Source of the DNA: Actinomycetota bacterium
Lineage (GTDB): Bacteria > Actinomycetota > Actinomycetes > Nanopelagicales > Nanopelagicaceae
Reading direction: 5' to 3'
DNA: 64,000 nucleotides
Assembly (NCBI GenBank): GCA_009698445.1
Contig: WLQG01000002.1
Coordinates: 7,488-71,487, forward strand
Of the stretch, positions 49,112-58,587 are shown piece after piece (the first letter of the stretch is position 1; every line of letters begins with the position of its first letter). The notes under the pieces were generated by a model. The model did no database searches and was not told where the DNA came from. It was given only the letters and a program-made list of their open reading frames with translations. The translations under genes and the position numbers were made by a program.

Positions 49112-49204
49112 GAACCGAAGGCTAACGAGGTTCAATGGGCCAACTCAACTTATGAGCGTAATTTCTACCTGTGAAATAGCCGCGAATCTGTCATAGTAAG
49201 ACAA

Positions 49205-49696
49205 ATGAGCACAGTTGCATCCTTAGTCGTGGGGCGAGATGGATCGACATCAAAAGGAAATAGTTCTAATGGAGTTTCATCTGATGCCGATCGTAGGGCG
49301 TTCTTAAGTCGGCGCCGTAAAGTTGATTGCATTCTTATTGGGGGAAACACCGCACGGCATGAGCCATACAAGCAAACTCCCGTGCCATTAGTTATCGTCT
49401 CTCGATCTCACATAAACCCTGTGGCCGGAAATGATATGTCTCACTTATGGAATTTGTCCCCGGCAGAAGCCTTAAATAGAGCCAAAGAACAGTTTGGTGA
49501 AAAAATTCTCATTGAAGCTGGGACTTCAATAATAATCGAGCTTATTGACCTAGGACTCATCGATCAACTAGATCTGAGTGTCACGCCGGTCACCGGTGGA
49601 GACCATCCGGTTGATTGGAAAGAATTGCTCAATAAGTTTGCACATCACACGCTAACAACGGTAGAGGATACAGATTTTTACTGCGCCACTAATTAA
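49205..49696 (+). CDS. Dihydrofolate reductase/RibD C-terminal family protein
   Basis: DG, D...F...R...D.ILIG..T.R.E.Y, IEAG, LID.L.L...P. Confidence 0.8.
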   Translation: MSTVASLVVGRDGSTSKGNSSNGVSSDADRRAFLSRRRKVDCILIGGNTARHEPYKQTPVPLVIVSRSHINPVAGNDMSHLWNLSPAEALNRAKEQFGEKILIEAGTSIIIELIDLGLIDQLDLSVTPVTGGDHPVDWKELLNKFAHHTLTTVEDTDFYCATN

Positions 49697-50532
49697 AAAG
49701 CTGATATTAAAGCAACACCTGTAACTGCTAGAGCGATTCCTACGTATTGAACTTTATGTAAACGCTCATGTAAAAATTTGAATGCAAGGAGCGCAGTTGC
49801 AATTGGAAATAAGGAACCGAGAACCATCGCGATTGAGACCAGACCTTTTGTACAAGCTACTCCCAGAAGAACATTAGCTAAGAAATCTGCGATTCCAATA
49901 AATATTAAAGTTGGATACTCCTTTTTGGAAAAACCGCCAGCAGTTCGAAATTTGACTGCCAAACCAACAGTTACAAAGAAGGTCGCAGCACGCATAGAAA
50001 CCATCGTCATGAGTGGACTGGATTGAGATCCAATAGACATTGAAGTTAATGCAGTTCCAAAACCAAATGCAGCACCCAAGCCAAAAAGAAGCGGCTTCAT
50101 TGGTAGGCCTTGAGAAAGTTCAGGACCACTGGCACAAAAAACTCCTACTAACGCCAACACAACACCAATGGAAGTAATCGTTGATAAGACATCGCCATTG
50201 ATCAACGCGTAGGTAAGTGGTACCACTGCGCCCATAGAACTAATTGGGGAAACCACACCCATTCGACCAGTTGATAAACCTTCATATAAACAAAATAAGC
50301 CAAAGTAACCCAACAAGCCAGCAAAAATTCCGGGAATTAAATAACCATTACTGCCAAGCGCTTTTTCATGCCAAGCCCCCGAAACAATCATAAGAAAAAG
50401 ACCAAAAAATAATCCCAGTACTTGTGAAAATCCTACGACTGCTATCGGTGCATGCTTCTTACTCAGTCGCCCACCTTCAAAATCAGATGTGCCCCACAGA
50501 ATGCTCGAGATGAGTGCTAATAGCGAGGCCAT
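49693..50532 (-). CDS. DMT/EamA family transporter
   Basis: WGTSDF.GG, G.MGVVSPI, SLFP..T.LLA...LHERL. Confidence 0.9.
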   Translation of the reverse strand: MASLLALISSILWGTSDFEGGRLSKKHAPIAVVGFSQVLGLFFGLFLMIVSGAWHEKALGSNGYLIPGIFAGLLGYFGLFCLYEGLSTGRMGVVSPISSMGAVVPLTYALINGDVLSTITSIGVVLALVGVFCASGPELSQGLPMKPLLFGLGAAFGFGTALTSMSIGSQSSPLMTMVSMRAATFFVTVGLAVKFRTAGGFSKKEYPTLIFIGIADFLANVLLGVACTKGLVSIAMVLGSLFPIATALLAFKFLHERLHKVQYVGIALAVTGVALISAF

Positions 50533-50593
50533 ATGACCAAGGTTACCGCCCTGCCTCCCATGAATAACGGACCTGGCTGTTTATCCTTAAGCA

Positions 50594-51172
50594 GTGGATG
50601 CCAAGGGATTTGAAGATTTAATCAATAACCTTCGCACATTTACTCCTCGCGCTGAAATTGTTTTAGAGGAAGTTCCTGCGCCACAGAAATTAGCAACGTA
50701 CGCTTTTGCATTTTCAGCCGATGTCAGCAACGGATTGCTTGCAGATGAAGAAGATGAGATTGCATCTGGTCGATTCGTTCTACTTCATGAGCCGGGCGGA
50801 CAAGATACGTGGGAGGGTGAATTTCGTTGTGTGACATTTGTGCGTGCAGATGTTGACCCTGTGATGCAGCAAGATCCGCTTTTGCCAGAAGTTGGCTGGA
50901 GTTGGTTTCTAGAAGCCCTGGAACGGGAAGAATGTTTGTTAGCAGCCCCCAGTGGAACTGTGACTCGAGTTTCAAGTGCCTCTTTTGGAAAACTTTCTCC
51001 CCGCAACGATGAATCAGAGATTGAAATTAGAGCTTCGTGGACTCCTTTAGTTCAAGACCCACTGGACCTGATGAAACATATTTCGGGATGGTGCAGATTG
51101 ATTACCGATGTTGCAGGTCTTGAACCAATACCTGAAGGCGTTGCGACAATCTCATCTGCCCGTCGTAGATAG
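50594..51172 (+). CDS. DUF3000 protein
   Basis: PAPQKLA, GRFVLLH.P.G...W, DPLL..V.WSW, E.RASWTP; upstream of rnd. Confidence 0.92.
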   Translation: MDAKGFEDLINNLRTFTPRAEIVLEEVPAPQKLATYAFAFSADVSNGLLADEEDEIASGRFVLLHEPGGQDTWEGEFRCVTFVRADVDPVMQQDPLLPEVGWSWFLEALEREECLLAAPSGTVTRVSSASFGKLSPRNDESEIEIRASWTPLVQDPLDLMKHISGWCRLITDVAGLEPIPEGVATISSARRR

Positions 51173-51180
51173 CAATATGT

Positions 51181-52470
51181 ATGTCTGAAGAAATTACTGC
51201 AGTACCACTGCTAGCACCTGCCGCCGGTACTCCCCCAGTTATCGATACTCCCAGTGCATTTGAAGAAGCTCTGAGCAAACTTGCTTTAGGATCTGGTCCA
51301 TTTGCAGTTGATGCTGAACGCGCTTCAGGTTTTCGGTATAGCGCACGGGCATACCTCATCCAAATTAAACGCAATGGCGGCGGGCTTCACCTCATTGACC
51401 CGATTCCATTTGGGCCCGGTCATCCTTTAATGGCTGCCCTTAATGAATTACTCAACACGGATGAAGTTATTTTGCATGCGAGCACCCAGGATCTGCCATG
51501 TCTTCGTGAACTTGGAATCAACCCGCGACTGCTATTTGATACTGAACTAGGTGGACGTATTGCTGGACTCCCGCGTGTGGGTTTAGGTCCACTGCTTGAA
51601 TCGCTCATGGGTGTTTCATTAGCTAAAGAACATAGCGCTGCGGATTGGTCTGTGCGCCCCTTGCCACAAGAATGGCTTACATATGCCGCACTAGATGTTG
51701 AATTACTCGTTGAGCTTCGCAATAAAGTTGAATCACTATTGATTGATGCCAAGAAAGATAAATGGGCGGCAGAAGAATTTGCCTCAATTTTGTTAGCACC
51801 GCCAGCGCCCCCACGCGTTGATCCATGGCGAAGAACGTCTGGCATGCACAAAGTTAAACGTCGTGATCAATTAGCAATTATCCGAGAACTTTGGAATGCA
51901 CGCGATGAAATTGCTAAGGCGCAAGATATTGCAGGTGGAAAATTACTTAATGATTCAGCAATTGTTGAAATCGCACTTAATCCCCCAACCAATAAGAAAG
52001 AATTCGAAAAAGTTTTGCGCGCCTTAGGTTTGCGCGCCCGTTGGTTAGAAAATATTAAGGTATGGCTAGATGCGATTGCCCGAGCTACTACCGTGCCTGA
52101 AAATCAATGGCCTGCAATGCGCACCAACGCCGATGTACTGCCGCCGATAAAACTATGGAGAGACAAGTTTCCAGAAAAATTTGCACCACTGTCCCATGCA
52201 CGGGCGCGTATCGAAATAATTGCCCAAGAAAATTCAATCCCTGTAGAAAATCTGATTACCCCCGAATTAGTCAGGCGCATTTGCTGGTCTGCCCCGGCGC
52301 CTTCGGCAATTGAATTCTCCCCGTCGGTTGTTCGTGAACACCTTCTAGAACTTGGGGCTCGCAGGTGGCAGGTAGATCTAGTGGCAGAAGCCATCGCCCA
52401 CGCCCTGCTTGAAAAAGAGCCCATTCCCAGCCCAGAACCTGTGCCAGAAACCACACCCGAAGAAGCCTGA
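51181..52470 (+). CDS. rnd: Ribonuclease D (3'-5' exonuclease plus HRDC)
   Basis: VDAERASG, HA..QDL, FDTE, DWS.RPL, YAALDV. Confidence 0.93.
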   Translation: MSEEITAVPLLAPAAGTPPVIDTPSAFEEALSKLALGSGPFAVDAERASGFRYSARAYLIQIKRNGGGLHLIDPIPFGPGHPLMAALNELLNTDEVILHASTQDLPCLRELGINPRLLFDTELGGRIAGLPRVGLGPLLESLMGVSLAKEHSAADWSVRPLPQEWLTYAALDVELLVELRNKVESLLIDAKKDKWAAEEFASILLAPPAPPRVDPWRRTSGMHKVKRRDQLAIIRELWNARDEIAKAQDIAGGKLLNDSAIVEIALNPPTNKKEFEKVLRALGLRARWLENIKVWLDAIARATTVPENQWPAMRTNADVLPPIKLWRDKFPEKFAPLSHARARIEIIAQENSIPVENLITPELVRRICWSAPAPSAIEFSPSVVREHLLELGARRWQVDLVAEAIAHALLEKEPIPSPEPVPETTPEEA

Positions 52471-52497
52471 TTTACGCAACATTAGAGTTGCGTAAAT
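52470..52497. promoter_or_regulatory. Perfect 11-bp inverted repeat overlapping the -35 of the iron permease promoter (operator or rnd terminator)
   Basis: ATTTACGCAAC-N6-GTTGCGTAAAT; TTGCGT(52488)-17 bp-TAGATT(52511)-7 nt-ATG. Confidence 0.65.
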
Positions 52498-52523
52498 ACC
52501 CCCCAGGCTCTAGATTTTCTCTC

Positions 52524-53342
52524 ATGTTGAGCACGTTTATCATCGCTTTGCGCGAGGGCCTCGAAGCCTCTTTGATTGTGGGCATTTTGGTTGCCTATAT
52601 TCTTAAAAGTGATCGTAAAAACCTTTTGCTACCACTGTGGAGCGGTGTTGCAGCAGCCATAGTTGCAAGCCTGGGCCTTGGTTTTGCTCTCTCCCAAACT
52701 TCTGGCGGATTGAGTGAGCGGGCAAACGCCTTGTTTGCGGGAACAACATCATTTGTAGCCGTGGCACTTGTGACATGGATGGTTTTTTGGATGAAGCGTT
52801 CTGCTCGTTATTTAAAGACTGATCTCCATGGAAAAATGGATTCGGCTGTGCGAACAGGTCCTCTAGCCCTTGCTGGAGCAGCGTTTTTTGCTGTGATTCG
52901 TGAAGGTCTAGAAACGGCACTCTTCATCTACTCAAACTTTAAAACCGTTGCAGATACCCGCAGTTCTGCATTGGGATTACTTCTTGGCTTTGCGGTTTCA
53001 ATCTCACTTGGATATTTAATCTTCAAATCCTCAATCAAACTCAACTTAAGCAAGTTCTTCCGCTACACCGGAATTGCACTCGTTGTCGTAGCTGCCGGAG
53101 TTCTTGCATATGGAGTTCATGAGTTTCAAGAGCTGGGCTGGCTATCCGGAGCAGACTCATTGGCTTGGGACATCTCCTCTCGAATGCCTGCAGATTCCAT
53201 TGCCGGAGCAGCTTTGGGTGGAACTGTTGGTTTTGATACGTCTACATCGTGGATGCAGTTGGCGATCTGGGCTACCTATCTAACCGCTGTGCTCGTTCCC
53301 TATCTTTCTAAGCCTGGAGCATCACAACTCACTCCTGCTTAA
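52524..53342 (+). CDS. efeU: FTR1/EfeU family iron permease
   Basis: Two REGLE motifs, WM.FWM, G.HE.QE. Start set at ATG 52524. Confidence 0.92.
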   Translation: MLSTFIIALREGLEASLIVGILVAYILKSDRKNLLLPLWSGVAAAIVASLGLGFALSQTSGGLSERANALFAGTTSFVAVALVTWMVFWMKRSARYLKTDLHGKMDSAVRTGPLALAGAAFFAVIREGLETALFIYSNFKTVADTRSSALGLLLGFAVSISLGYLIFKSSIKLNLSKFFRYTGIALVVVAAGVLAYGVHEFQELGWLSGADSLAWDISSRMPADSIAGAALGGTVGFDTSTSWMQLAIWATYLTAVLVPYLSKPGASQLTPA

Positions 53343-53408
53343 TCACTGTCACAAATCCTTACTGGCGGGTAACATAACCGCTATACCTGCTTCTAGTAAA
53401 GGATCACT

Positions 53409-54599
53409 ATGTCTCGCTCCGTTGTCTTAGTCGATGCCGTTCGCACGCCCTTTGGTAAAGCTGGAGGGATGTATGCCGGTACACGCGCCGATGATTTGAT
53501 GGTGCGCGCAATTCGCGGACTCTTGGATAGAAATCCTAAAGTTGAGCGCAGCGCAATCGATGATGTTGCAATTGCGGCTGCAACACAAACTGGTGATCAA
53601 GGAATGAACATCGGGCGAAGTGCCACACTTCTTGCAGGCCTACCCAACACTGTTCCCGGATATTCGATTGACCGATGGTGTGCGGGTGCATTAACTGCGG
53701 TGACAACGATTGCAGGTGCTATCGCTTTTGGTTCAAACGATATTGCTATCGCTGGTGGCGTTGAACATATGGGAAATCATCCAATGGGTGAACTCATGGA
53801 TCCCAATCCTCGTTACTTAGCTGAAAAAATAGTTGAGCAAGATGCACTTGCCATGGGTGCCACGGCTGAGAGACTTCATGATCGCTTCCCAACAATTACA
53901 AAAGAGCGTGCAGATAAATATGCACTTAACTCACAAATCAAAACAACTAAGGCATATGAAGCTGGCTTGATTCAGAGAGATCTTATTCCCATGGCTGCAC
54001 GCAGTGCAGAGTTAGGTTGGACAATTGCAACAGTTGATGAAGCGCCTCGTCCAACGACAACTATGGAAGGTCTAGCTGGCTTAAAAACTCCTTTTCGTCC
54101 TGCAGGTCGAGTCACAGCAGGAAACTCATCTGGCTTAAATGATGGTGCTACTGCCGCTCTTTTAGCTAGTGAAGATAAGGCAATAGAACTTGGTTTAACT
54201 ATTAAAGCCCGTCTGGTTTCTTATGCCTTTGCTGGTGTTGAACCAGAAGTCATGGGCTTTGGTCCAGTTCCTTCAACAATTAAGGCGTTGAAACAATCTG
54301 GCTTAACTATCGATGATATTGGACTTTTTGAAATCAACGAGGCATTCGCGGTTCAAGTACTTGCCTTTTTGGAACACTTTGGAATTGCTGATGATGATGT
54401 GCGCGTTAATCCTTTTGGTGGCGCAATTGCAGTTGGTCACCCACTTGCCTCTTCTGGTGTTCGTTTAATGCTCAACCTTGCGCGATCTTTTGAAGACCAT
54501 CCAGAAGTTCGATATGGATTAACAACGATGTGTATCGGTCTTGGCATGGGTGGATCAGTTATTTGGGAAAACCCACACTTTAATGGGCAGGTGAAATAA
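53409..54599 (+). CDS. fadA: Acetyl-CoA acyltransferase (thiolase)
   Basis: RTPFG, RWCAG, NEAF, GHP, MCIG.G.G. Confidence 0.93.
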   Translation: MSRSVVLVDAVRTPFGKAGGMYAGTRADDLMVRAIRGLLDRNPKVERSAIDDVAIAAATQTGDQGMNIGRSATLLAGLPNTVPGYSIDRWCAGALTAVTTIAGAIAFGSNDIAIAGGVEHMGNHPMGELMDPNPRYLAEKIVEQDALAMGATAERLHDRFPTITKERADKYALNSQIKTTKAYEAGLIQRDLIPMAARSAELGWTIATVDEAPRPTTTMEGLAGLKTPFRPAGRVTAGNSSGLNDGATAALLASEDKAIELGLTIKARLVSYAFAGVEPEVMGFGPVPSTIKALKQSGLTIDDIGLFEINEAFAVQVLAFLEHFGIADDDVRVNPFGGAIAVGHPLASSGVRLMLNLARSFEDHPEVRYGLTTMCIGLGMGGSVIWENPHFNGQVK

Positions 54600-56708
54600 A
54601 TGACTACCGAAATCAAACTTCCAGAAGGTGCGCCAGAAGAAGTTGTGACTCAGGCGCTAGTGCGCGATATAGATTTAAGTGCATTTGGTTCTAAAGGCAC
54701 CATGGCCCTTATTACTTTGGACAATAGCCTTGACCATAACCGTCCCAATACTTTTGGCCCACAATCTTTATTGGCACTCGCTGCAGCGATAACCGAAGCC
54801 ACATCACGCAAACCTGCCGCTATTGCCATTACTGGTAAGCCATTTATCTTTGCCGCTGGTGCAGATTTATCTGCACTTTCATTTATTTCCAATCGCGAAC
54901 AATCATTGGCTATTGGTAAATTAGGCCACGATGTATTTCGTCGACTAGGTGAATCCAGCATCCCTACATTTGCTTTTATTAATGGTCTAGCACTTGGTGG
55001 TGGACTTGAGGTCGGTTTGCATTGCAATTACCGCACTCTTGCATCAACTGCTTTCACGGCACTTCCTGAAGTTTTCTTAGGTCTAGTGCCCGGTTGGGGT
55101 GGTGCAACACTCTTGCCCAAGTTAATTGGCCCAGAGCGCGCAGTTCAAGTAATTATGTTGAATGCTCTCAATAACAACACCATGATGAAAGCAAAAGATG
55201 CATACGCACTTGGTGTTGTTGATGCAGTGTTTGAACCATCAGATTTCCTTGAGCGATCAATCGCCTTTGCTGCGGGAGTTCTCAATGGTACAACCACAAT
55301 CGAGCGAAAAGATTACAGTCAAGATCCAGCCTGGGAATCAGCCCTTGCTACTGGAAAGGCTGCATCACTTAAAAAATATGGCGGCGCCGAAATTGCTTCG
55401 CCAATGAAAGCGCTTGAACTTATTGCCGCGGCAAAAACCAATACTTTAGGCGCTGGCTTTGATGCCGAAGACGCAGCTCTTGCTGATTTAACGATGAGCG
55501 ATCCACTGCGTGCTTCACTCTATGCATTCAACGTTATTCAGAAAAAGCGCAAGAAAGTTGAAGGTGCACCTAAACCTGCTCTTGCGCGCAAAGTAAGTAA
55601 GGTCGGAGTTGTTGGTGCCGGTTTGATGGCCTCTCAGTTAGCTCTTCTACTTCTTCGAAACCTTAAATGCCCAATTGTCATGACTGACATTGATCAAGAG
55701 CGTGCCGATAAAGGCGTAGCTTGGGTAAAAAATGAACTAGCTAAATTAGTTGAAAAGAAGCGGATGTCAGCTGAATCAGCAGCACGATTGTCGCTTTTGA
55801 TTTCAGGTTCAGCTGATCAAAATGTCTATGCAGGTTGCGATTTCATTATCGAGGCAATCTTTGAAGAGCTTTCTCTCAAGCAAGGATTGTTTAAAAAGTT
55901 AGAAGCAATCATCTCTCCCGAATGCGTTCTTGCGACTAATACATCCTCGCTCTCAGTTGAACGTATGAGTGAGGGTTTGAAAAATCCAGAGCGCGTTGTG
56001 GGTTTCCACTTCTTTAATCCAGTTGCGGTTATGCCGTTGCTTGAAGTTGCTCGCACTAGCAAGACTGATGATGCGACTACTGCGACTGCGATTGCGGTTG
56101 GTAAAGAATTAAAGAAGACAATGATTATCTGTAAGGATGCTCCTGGTTTTGTTGTTAACCGACTTCTCACCCGCTTTATGGGCGAAATTACTGATGCCGT
56201 CGATGAAGGTACGTCTCCAGAGGTAGCCGACAATGCGATGCGATCAATTGGTTTTCCTATGTCCCCATTCCAGCTTCTCGATTTAGTTGGCCCTGGAGTA
56301 GCGCTACACGTTTCGCAAACTCTCAATGCAAATCTTGGAGAGCGTTACCGAATTTCTCCAACTATGGCGGCAATGGTCAAAGAAGGTGTTCGTAACTTCT
56401 ACATTAAAAATGAGGATGGCAGCGTTGGTGCAAACCCAGCGGCAATCGCACTCATTCATAAAGGTGATACACCATCTACGGCTGAGCAAGTACGAAGCCG
56501 TGCACTTACTGCATTAGCTGTTGAAGCGCGCATGATGCTCGATGAAGGCGTTGTTTCAACTCCTGCTGAAATTGATTTGTGTATGTTGATGGGTGCTGGA
56601 TGGCCGATGCACCTGGGTGGAATCTTGCCTTATCTAGATCGAGAAGGAATTAGCGAGACTGCTTGCGGTCAGCGTTTTCATCCGAAGGGATCTGCATCTC
56701 TGCCTTAA
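54600..56708 (+). CDS. fadB: Multifunctional enoyl-CoA hydratase / 3-hydroxyacyl-CoA dehydrogenase
   Basis: AGAD, GGGLE, PE..LG, GAGLM, NTSS, HFFNP, PGFVVNR. Confidence 0.93.
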   Translation: MTTEIKLPEGAPEEVVTQALVRDIDLSAFGSKGTMALITLDNSLDHNRPNTFGPQSLLALAAAITEATSRKPAAIAITGKPFIFAAGADLSALSFISNREQSLAIGKLGHDVFRRLGESSIPTFAFINGLALGGGLEVGLHCNYRTLASTAFTALPEVFLGLVPGWGGATLLPKLIGPERAVQVIMLNALNNNTMMKAKDAYALGVVDAVFEPSDFLERSIAFAAGVLNGTTTIERKDYSQDPAWESALATGKAASLKKYGGAEIASPMKALELIAAAKTNTLGAGFDAEDAALADLTMSDPLRASLYAFNVIQKKRKKVEGAPKPALARKVSKVGVVGAGLMASQLALLLLRNLKCPIVMTDIDQERADKGVAWVKNELAKLVEKKRMSAESAARLSLLISGSADQNVYAGCDFIIEAIFEELSLKQGLFKKLEAIISPECVLATNTSSLSVERMSEGLKNPERVVGFHFFNPVAVMPLLEVARTSKTDDATTATAIAVGKELKKTMIICKDAPGFVVNRLLTRFMGEITDAVDEGTSPEVADNAMRSIGFPMSPFQLLDLVGPGVALHVSQTLNANLGERYRISPTMAAMVKEGVRNFYIKNEDGSVGANPAAIALIHKGDTPSTAEQVRSRALTALAVEARMMLDEGVVSTPAEIDLCMLMGAGWPMHLGGILPYLDREGISETACGQRFHPKGSASLP

Positions 56709-58569
56709 GAGAGCTACTCCATTCAACAACGCTACGAGCGATATTTTGAGCGGTAATTCCAATATCGTTCAAAATTTCGCCGCGCTTTGAATGTTCGATA
56801 AATTCAAGAGGAACACCAATTGAATGCAATGGAATTAAAACTCCAGCATCTCTAAACATCTCTGAAATTGAACTTCCAATACCTGCGTGACGGATTCCAT
56901 CTTCTAACACGACAACACTCTTATAACGCTCTGCCATACGCACTAGTGATTGAGGCAAAGGCTTCACCCAACGTGGGTCAATAACTGTGACGCCAACACC
57001 TTCGCGATATGCCGAAGATGCTGCCTCAACTGCAATGGCCGCCATAGCGCCAACGCTAATCATTAATACATCAGCACTTTCTCCGCGGTATAAAACATCG
57101 ATACCGTCTCGACGTTCAAATGCCGGAATATCTTCTTGGACCGCCCCTTTAGGGAATCGAACCATTGATGGAGCATCATTAATTTCTAACGCTTCACGCA
57201 ATAGTTCTTTTAGACGCGCGCCATCTCGAGGCGCAGCTACGTGCATAGTCGGAACAATTCCAGTCAAAGCTAAGTCCCAAATTCCATGGTGAGATGGACC
57301 GTCATCGCCAGTTATGCCTGAGCGGTCTAAAACAAAAGTGACACCAGCCTTGTGCAGTGCAACATCTAAGAGCAGTTGATCAAAGGCTCGGTTGAGAAAT
57401 GTTGAATACACAGCAACTACAGGGTGAAGCCCAGTAAAGGCGAGCCCAGCAGCACTTGTTACTGCATGCTGTTCGGCGATTCCAACATCGATGGTGCGCT
57501 CTGGAAAGGCGGCCTGAAATTGATCAAGACCCGTGGGTCCCAACATTGCCGCAGTGATTGCAACAATATCCTGGCGCGTTTTCCCAATTTCAACTAATTC
57601 TTTGGCAAATATTTTGGTCCAGGAGGTCCCACTCTTAGATAACGGCTCCCCTGTTTCTGCATCAATTACACCAACTGCATGAAATTTTTCGGCTTCATCA
57701 GCTACTGCAGGTTCATGACCCTTACCTTTTTCAGTGATTGCATGAACCAAAATTGGCGCACCATAATCCTTGGCTTGTTGAAGCGCTTTCTCCATAGCTT
57801 CTATGTCATGACCATCAATTGGACCCATGTACTTAAGGCCAAGATCTTCAAACATGCCTTGCGGTGCAACAATATCTTTAATTCCTTTTTTTACACCATG
57901 CAATGTTTCGTAAATTGGCGTACCTATAACTGGAGTCTTATGGAGAACTTCTTTGCCCCAATCAAGGAACTTCTCATATCCGCTCGTTACACGTAAAGTT
58001 GAAAGGTATGTTGCAACCCCACCAATTGTCGGTGAATATGAACGCGTGTTGTCATTAACAACAATAATTAAATTTCTTTTTTGTTCAGGTGCAATATTAT
58101 TGAGAGCTTCCCATGACATACCGCCAGTTAATGCACCATCGCCCACCACAACTACAACATGGCGATCGTTGGCTCTTTGTAATGAGAAACCTCTGGAAAT
58201 GCCATCGCCCCAAGAAAGCGCGGTTGAAGCATGCGAGTTTTCAATAACGTCATGTTCGCTTTCAGCTCTATTTGGGTAACCCGAGATTCCTCCACGTTGG
58301 CGCAGATTATCGAATGAACGCGCACGGCCAGTTAAAATCTTATGAACGTAGGATTGATGTCCAGTATCAAAAAGAACTACATCTTTAGGTGATTCAAAAA
58401 CACGGTGAATCGCAAGAGTTAGTTCTACAACACCTAAGTTGGGACCTAAATGTCCCCCAGTTTTCGAGACTTTTTCAATAAGAAGTTCGCGAATCTCGGC
58501 GCTTAATTCAATTAATTGATCATGAGTCAGGGCTGCCAAATCGGCTGGAGAATTAATCTGACTCAACAT
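56650..58569 (-). CDS. dxs: 1-deoxy-D-xylulose-5-phosphate synthase
   Basis: GGHLG, DTGHQSY.HK, GDGALTGG..N, IAEQH, DGPSH. Confidence 0.97.
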   Translation of the reverse strand: MLSQINSPADLAALTHDQLIELSAEIRELLIEKVSKTGGHLGPNLGVVELTLAIHRVFESPKDVVLFDTGHQSYVHKILTGRARSFDNLRQRGGISGYPNRAESEHDVIENSHASTALSWGDGISRGFSLQRANDRHVVVVVGDGALTGGMSWEALNNIAPEQKRNLIIVVNDNTRSYSPTIGGVATYLSTLRVTSGYEKFLDWGKEVLHKTPVIGTPIYETLHGVKKGIKDIVAPQGMFEDLGLKYMGPIDGHDIEAMEKALQQAKDYGAPILVHAITEKGKGHEPAVADEAEKFHAVGVIDAETGEPLSKSGTSWTKIFAKELVEIGKTRQDIVAITAAMLGPTGLDQFQAAFPERTIDVGIAEQHAVTSAAGLAFTGLHPVVAVYSTFLNRAFDQLLLDVALHKAGVTFVLDRSGITGDDGPSHHGIWDLALTGIVPTMHVAAPRDGARLKELLREALEINDAPSMVRFPKGAVQEDIPAFERRDGIDVLYRGESADVLMISVGAMAAIAVEAASSAYREGVGVTVIDPRWVKPLPQSLVRMAERYKSVVVLEDGIRHAGIGSSISEMFRDAGVLIPLHSIGVPLEFIEHSKRGEILNDIGITAQNIARSVVEWSSSLKAEMQIPSDENADRKQSR

Positions 58570-58587
58570 AGGTGCAAGTTTAGGTGC

